Source: Nitrospirota bacterium
GTDB lineage: Bacteria > Nitrospirota > UBA9217
Reading direction: 5' to 3'
Assembly (NCBI GenBank): GCA_963740085.1
Contig: CAVUCU010000004.1
Location: 128,001-192,000, forward strand
Length of the DNA: 64,000 nt
Shown here: positions 60,417-64,000 of the stretch, piece by piece
Layout of the letters: the number at the start of each line of letters is the position of its first letter
Position numbering within the stretch: the first letter of the stretch is position 1
Program-made: the position numbers and the translations under genes
The notes under the pieces: generated by a model
Databases searched by the model: none
What the model was told of the DNA's origin: nothing
What the model saw: only the letters and a program-made list of their open reading frames with translations

Positions 60417-60575
60417 ATGTCGGACTTTATCACCACAGCACTGATCCTCATTGTTGTCGTACTCGCTGTCAACAGGTTAAACAGCGGAATGGGCCCGGGC
60501 TGAGGCGTGGAACCAGGGCCCCTCTGTAAGAGGGACGATGACCCCCGGCAGCAAAGCGGTGAGGAGAAAAAATAG
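60417..60575 (+). CDS. Candidate small membrane selenoprotein (52 aa, UGA at codon 29)
   Basis: GGAG RBS; MSDFITTALILIVVVLAVNRLNSGMGPG-U-GVEPGPLCKRDDDPRQQSGEEKK; hairpin CCCTCT-GTA-AGAGGG with loop 22 nt after UGA; TAG 7 nt before the next ATG. Confidence 0.55.
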
Positions 60576-60582
60576 CAGTATC

Positions 60583-61737
60583 ATGAAAAAATATCTTTTT
60601 GCCGGACTCGGAGCCCTCGTTCTCTGCGTCCTCATCATTGGCGTGTGGACCATGCGGGTCCTCTCCAACCTTCCGGATGTTTCCACCCTGAAACACTACC
60701 GCCCGGCTGCCGCTGCCGAGGTCCTTGATAAGGACGGCAACTTCCTGACCCTTTACTATGACCGCAAGTTCCGGATATGGGTCCCTATATCCGGCCTCCC
60801 CGATGTTGTTATCAATGCAGTCGTGATCGCCGAGGACGATACATTTTTTGAACATCATGGCGTGAATTACAAGGCAACGCGTGACGCCATGCTGCATGAC
60901 GTGCAGAAGCGCAGATTCTCGCGTGGCGGCAGCACGATCACGCAGCAGATGATCAAGAATGTGTTGCTCTCCAAGGAAAAGACGCTGACCCGCAAACTGC
61001 GGGAATATGTCCTCGCCAGGAAGGCGGAGGAAATCCTGACCAAACACCGGATCCTCGAGATCTACCTGAATGAGGTCGAGTGGGGAGAGAATATTTACGG
61101 GATCGAGGCCGCGAGCCGTTTTTACCTCGACAAGCATGCATCTGAACTCACCCCGGCGGAAGCCGCTCTTCTCGCCGGTATGCTCCCGAACCCCCGCTAT
61201 TATAATCCTTACAAGAGGCCGGAGAAGGCCAGGCGCCGGCAGGAACGCGTGCTGTTCAACATGCAGCAGGCAAAGGTCATCACCCAGGATGAATACGCCG
61301 CCGCGCTTCAAGAACCGCTGAAGCTGCGGCAGGAAGGCACGAACAGGAGTGACCTCTCCGCGTTTACCGCGGAGAATAATAGCCCGTGCTATCATCCGGC
61401 GCTGGAGCAGGTGCTCGTTTCCCTGATCGGAGAACAGGATCTCTACCACCGGGGGGGGACCATCCGAACGACGCTTGAGAAATCCCTGCAGAACGAACTC
61501 AATAGTCCGGAAGAGTTGATGCAGGACCGGACGGGCGAGCAATCCGGCAGTATTCCCGTTGTAACGCAGGGAAACAAGATCAGGGCGATCATTTGCGGCG
61601 AGGGAAGGGAAGCTGAAGTCCGATCAAAGCTTGAATCTCTCGGCATTCCCTACCTTGGTTATGATGTAGGCGTGATAGCTGCCGATGCGATCCAACGGGA
61701 GCAGATCATCGATGCCGTGGACGGCGGCAAGAAGTGA
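60583..61737 (+). CDS. Peptidoglycan glycosyltransferase (GT51) without transpeptidase domain
   Basis: AEDDTFFEHHG, GGSTITQQ, RKLRE, ILEIYLN, GIEAA; no recognisable transpeptidase module. Confidence 0.85.
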   Translation: MKKYLFAGLGALVLCVLIIGVWTMRVLSNLPDVSTLKHYRPAAAAEVLDKDGNFLTLYYDRKFRIWVPISGLPDVVINAVVIAEDDTFFEHHGVNYKATRDAMLHDVQKRRFSRGGSTITQQMIKNVLLSKEKTLTRKLREYVLARKAEEILTKHRILEIYLNEVEWGENIYGIEAASRFYLDKHASELTPAEAALLAGMLPNPRYYNPYKRPEKARRRQERVLFNMQQAKVITQDEYAAALQEPLKLRQEGTNRSDLSAFTAENNSPCYHPALEQVLVSLIGEQDLYHRGGTIRTTLEKSLQNELNSPEELMQDRTGEQSGSIPVVTQGNKIRAIICGEGREAEVRSKLESLGIPYLGYDVGVIAADAIQREQIIDAVDGGKK

Positions 61738-61864
61738 TCCCCAGGGTCGAAAGCTTCGTGAGTTCGTGAAAATAAGAAAAATAAAGTTGGCTTTTTATCC
61801 ACAGCGAAAGTTACTAAAGGTGATTAATAACAATTTGAGATGATATGCTGCCCGGAAATAGTAT

Positions 61865-61894
61865 TTGACAGTGGTGAAACCTGGTGCTATACAT
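61865..61894 (+). promoter_or_regulatory. Putative sigma70 promoter TTGACA-N17-TATACA
   Basis: About 145 nt upstream of the CBS gene. Confidence 0.5.
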
Positions 61895-62036
61895 CAATTA
61901 AGTGGCGAAACGCAATACCTGCAAGGCTGAACTTTTTGTGAGGAAGGCGCGGATGCAGGGTCGTTCGGCGGACAAAGATCTTCTGGTGCGCGGGGTTCTT
62001 TAATTTTGACCACAATAGCGGAAGGAGGTAATACCT

Positions 62037-62489
62037 ATGAATACTTCTATCACGGTCGGACAGGTGTTGAGGGCAAAGGGGTACGGTTACCACGCGATCG
62101 CGCCGGATGCAACGGCATACAGTGCATTGGAACTCATGGCGGACAAGAACATAGGCGCCCTGATGGTAATGGAGAATGAGAAACTGGTTGGCGTGTTTTC
62201 GGAGCGGGATTATGCCCGCAAGGTGATCCTGAAGGGAAAGGCTTCGAAGAGCACTACCGTGCGTGAGATTATGACCGGTTCACCGATCACCATAAGACCT
62301 TCAATGACCCTGTGGGAAAGCATGGTGCTGATGTCTCAGAATCATATCCGCCATCTGCCGGTCGTGGACAATGACATACTTCTCGGAGTCCTGAGCAACC
62401 GCGATGTGGTAAACAAGCTCATTTCGGATTATGAGTCGACGATTGAAAAACTCGAGAACTATATTTCCGGCACTGAATATACGGCCTAG
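62037..62489 (+). CDS. CBS-pair protein
   Basis: M..KNIGAL.V, G.FSERDYARKV, IRHLPV; AGGAGG RBS. Confidence 0.92.
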   Translation: MNTSITVGQVLRAKGYGYHAIAPDATAYSALELMADKNIGALMVMENEKLVGVFSERDYARKVILKGKASKSTTVREIMTGSPITIRPSMTLWESMVLMSQNHIRHLPVVDNDILLGVLSNRDVVNKLISDYESTIEKLENYISGTEYTA

Positions 62490-62747
62490 AAGAGGTGGGC
62501 TTTTTTACACTGTTCCGCATCCTCCGCATCGGATCCGGTTTTTTGCTCATGAAAGATGAATCGTCAATAAACCAGCGTTCACCAGTGAAAAAATGAAAAT
62601 AACCCCCATCACCCACTGAAAGATCACCCCCACTTTTGAATTCCTCATACATAAGAGCAGACACTCATCTTGCCGTAGCGTGAGAATGCATGATAATCGA
62701 GGAGCTTTAATGTAAGACCTGTTCGGGTGGGAAATCGAGCTGTTGTC

Positions 62748-64000
62748 TTACGGCTTTTTGCCGTCCACGCTTTGCGGCGGAGAGACGGTGTCGAGGAGGC
62801 GGAGGAACGAGTCACGCGTAGTTTCGCTGTTCAGAATGCCGACGTGCGTCTCGTTGATCCCGATGACCCTGGTGGCGCTTGTCTGCACAGAGGGGAGCAA
62901 CTGGGAACGGAGCGTGACCGAACCATCGCTGCTTTCTCCATTCTTGAAATTTGAATCATCGTTGAAGGAAAAGTAGAGATAGAAGGGCAGTTTTTTCGGG
63001 AACGGCCTGCTGACAAGATCAGTAAGAAATGCACTCGGCGCCCCGATGTCACGCCATGACGGCACCACGACCGGCGCGTTGTCTATCCACTTCTTTGCAG
63101 CCTCATCACCGCCATAGGGAGTTGAGAACGAACAGAACAGTTTGAGGGAAGCAGGAAATGCCTCTTCTGAGAGCTTGTTGATCGCAGACATCGACACAAG
63201 ACCGCCCATGCTGTGGGCCGCCAGCACGATCCTCGGGCCGCCGTTCTTCGACGTCTTGTCGATCATTTCTATCAATTGCGCCAGCACGGTCCCGAGCTTG
63301 TCCAGCGGCAGGCCTGAGGGATAATAAAAGAAAAAAGGCTGGAAACGGCTGCGGTCCAGCCCGTCAGCAAGGTACTTCCAGTCCCTTGGGGTACCCGAGA
63401 TGCCATGGACAAACAGGACCATGGTCTTCTCTTCATTGAAATCCTCGAGTCCGAAAATGAACCCCTGGGTATGGGCTATCAGTTCCGATGGATTATAGAG
63501 GCCCATGGTGCCGTATTTCGGATCAAAGAACTCGTCGTCGAGGGATCTATAGACGTAACCGGTCGGCCGCACTGTTTCACTGAGGTTAAAATCAACCTTT
63601 CCCGGATGATCGAAATCCACGGTGATCGACGGACCCTCCACGACAACCCCGCCTTTGGAATGTTCGGGGCCGATGGTCACCTTTGTTTCGCCGATCATTT
63701 CATTCCGCTCGAAGTCTCCGTTCCCGTCCAGATCCGCAAAAACAAAAAGCTCATAATTCCCCTTGGGGAGGAAGGCCATATAAGCATCCACCGACGTCTT
63801 CTGAATCTGCACCAGAGCGACTTTTTCGTTCGTCTGATATTTATTGCTCACGGCCACGAGCAGCAACGGATCCTGTCGTTTCTGCAGTCTGACGATCCGG
63901 CCTGAGAGGAACAGAGAATCCTCAGGCGCAAGTTGATTCAGCGTCGACATGCTCGGCAGGTACTCGAAGGTCTGGCGCAAGTGGGCTTTGCGCATGTAAT
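62748..64000 (-). CDS. Alpha/beta-hydrolase-fold protein with N-terminal accessory domain; 5' end beyond the window
   Basis: LFVHGI.G, AHSMGG nucleophile elbow, STPYGG, SDG.V, THVGIL. Confidence 0.8.
   Translation of the reverse strand, partial: YMRKAHLRQTFEYLPSMSTLNQLAPEDSLFLSGRIVRLQKRQDPLLLVAVSNKYQTNEKVALVQIQKTSVDAYMAFLPKGNYELFVFADLDGNGDFERNEMIGETKVTIGPEHSKGGVVVEGPSITVDFDHPGKVDFNLSETVRPTGYVYRSLDDEFFDPKYGTMGLYNPSELIAHTQGFIFGLEDFNEEKTMVLFVHGISGTPRDWKYLADGLDRSRFQPFFFYYPSGLPLDKLGTVLAQLIEMIDKTSKNGGPRIVLAAHSMGGLVSMSAINKLSEEAFPASLKLFCSFSTPYGGDEAAKKWIDNAPVVVPSWRDIGAPSAFLTDLVSRPFPKKLPFYLYFSFNDDSNFKNGESSDGSVTLRSQLLPSVQTSATRVIGINETHVGILNSETTRDSFLRLLDTVSPPQSVDGKKP

Noticed and set aside
15792-61542. 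Long antisense ORFs (15792-17051, 39134-40306, 43590-44819, 47024-48181, 53231-54244, 60469-61542)
   Set aside because: Shadows of well-supported genes on the opposite strand, expected with GC-rich codon usage; no motifs
61895-62030. c-di-GMP riboswitch in the CBS gene leader
   Set aside because: Only superficial GGCGAAAC/GCAA words; the paired architecture could not be built
62419-62664. 81-aa minus-strand ORF
   Set aside because: Overlaps the CBS gene end, no motif or clear RBS; unsupported

Overview
A GC-rich bacterial chromosome segment. The gene content (NikR operator type, MglC-efp-accBC synteny, TIGR04442-like and TIGR04219-like genes) resembles Nitrospirota/Desulfobacterota; this is inference only. 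It is mostly housekeeping: hisS, PGM/PMM, eno, glgP, ribE/ribBA/ribH/nusB, purB, purF, tRNA-Phe, aroQ, efp, accBC, thiE, purH-like, queC, coaE, lptFG. It also carries a NikR-controlled nickel ECF uptake operon, a Crp/Fnr module, and Mg/NRAMP and branched-chain amino-acid transport genes. No CRISPR array, transposase or prophage is visible. Four things stand out. (1) A KDDH-type RuBisCO-like protein is translationally coupled to a fused transketolase that appears to lack the histidines binding the donor C1-hydroxyl, suggesting an uncharacterised SAM by-product salvage branch. (2) A 52-codon membrane ORF (60417-60575), absent from the ORF track, has an in-frame UGA followed by a SECIS-like hairpin and is a candidate selenoprotein. 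(3) Many intergenic gaps hold mirror-symmetric arrays of degenerate 7-mer or 9-mer units. One such array brackets an AT-rich four-helix-bundle gene, one sits in-frame inside queC, and some are wrapped in GTAACTRYTCAG-type terminal inverted repeats, giving three ~135-bp MITE-like copies. (4) Clear cis-sites are present: a perfect GTGTTAC-N13-GTAACAC NikR box and two TATGA-N6-TCATA boxes. All family assignments come from motif recognition by eye, not database searches.
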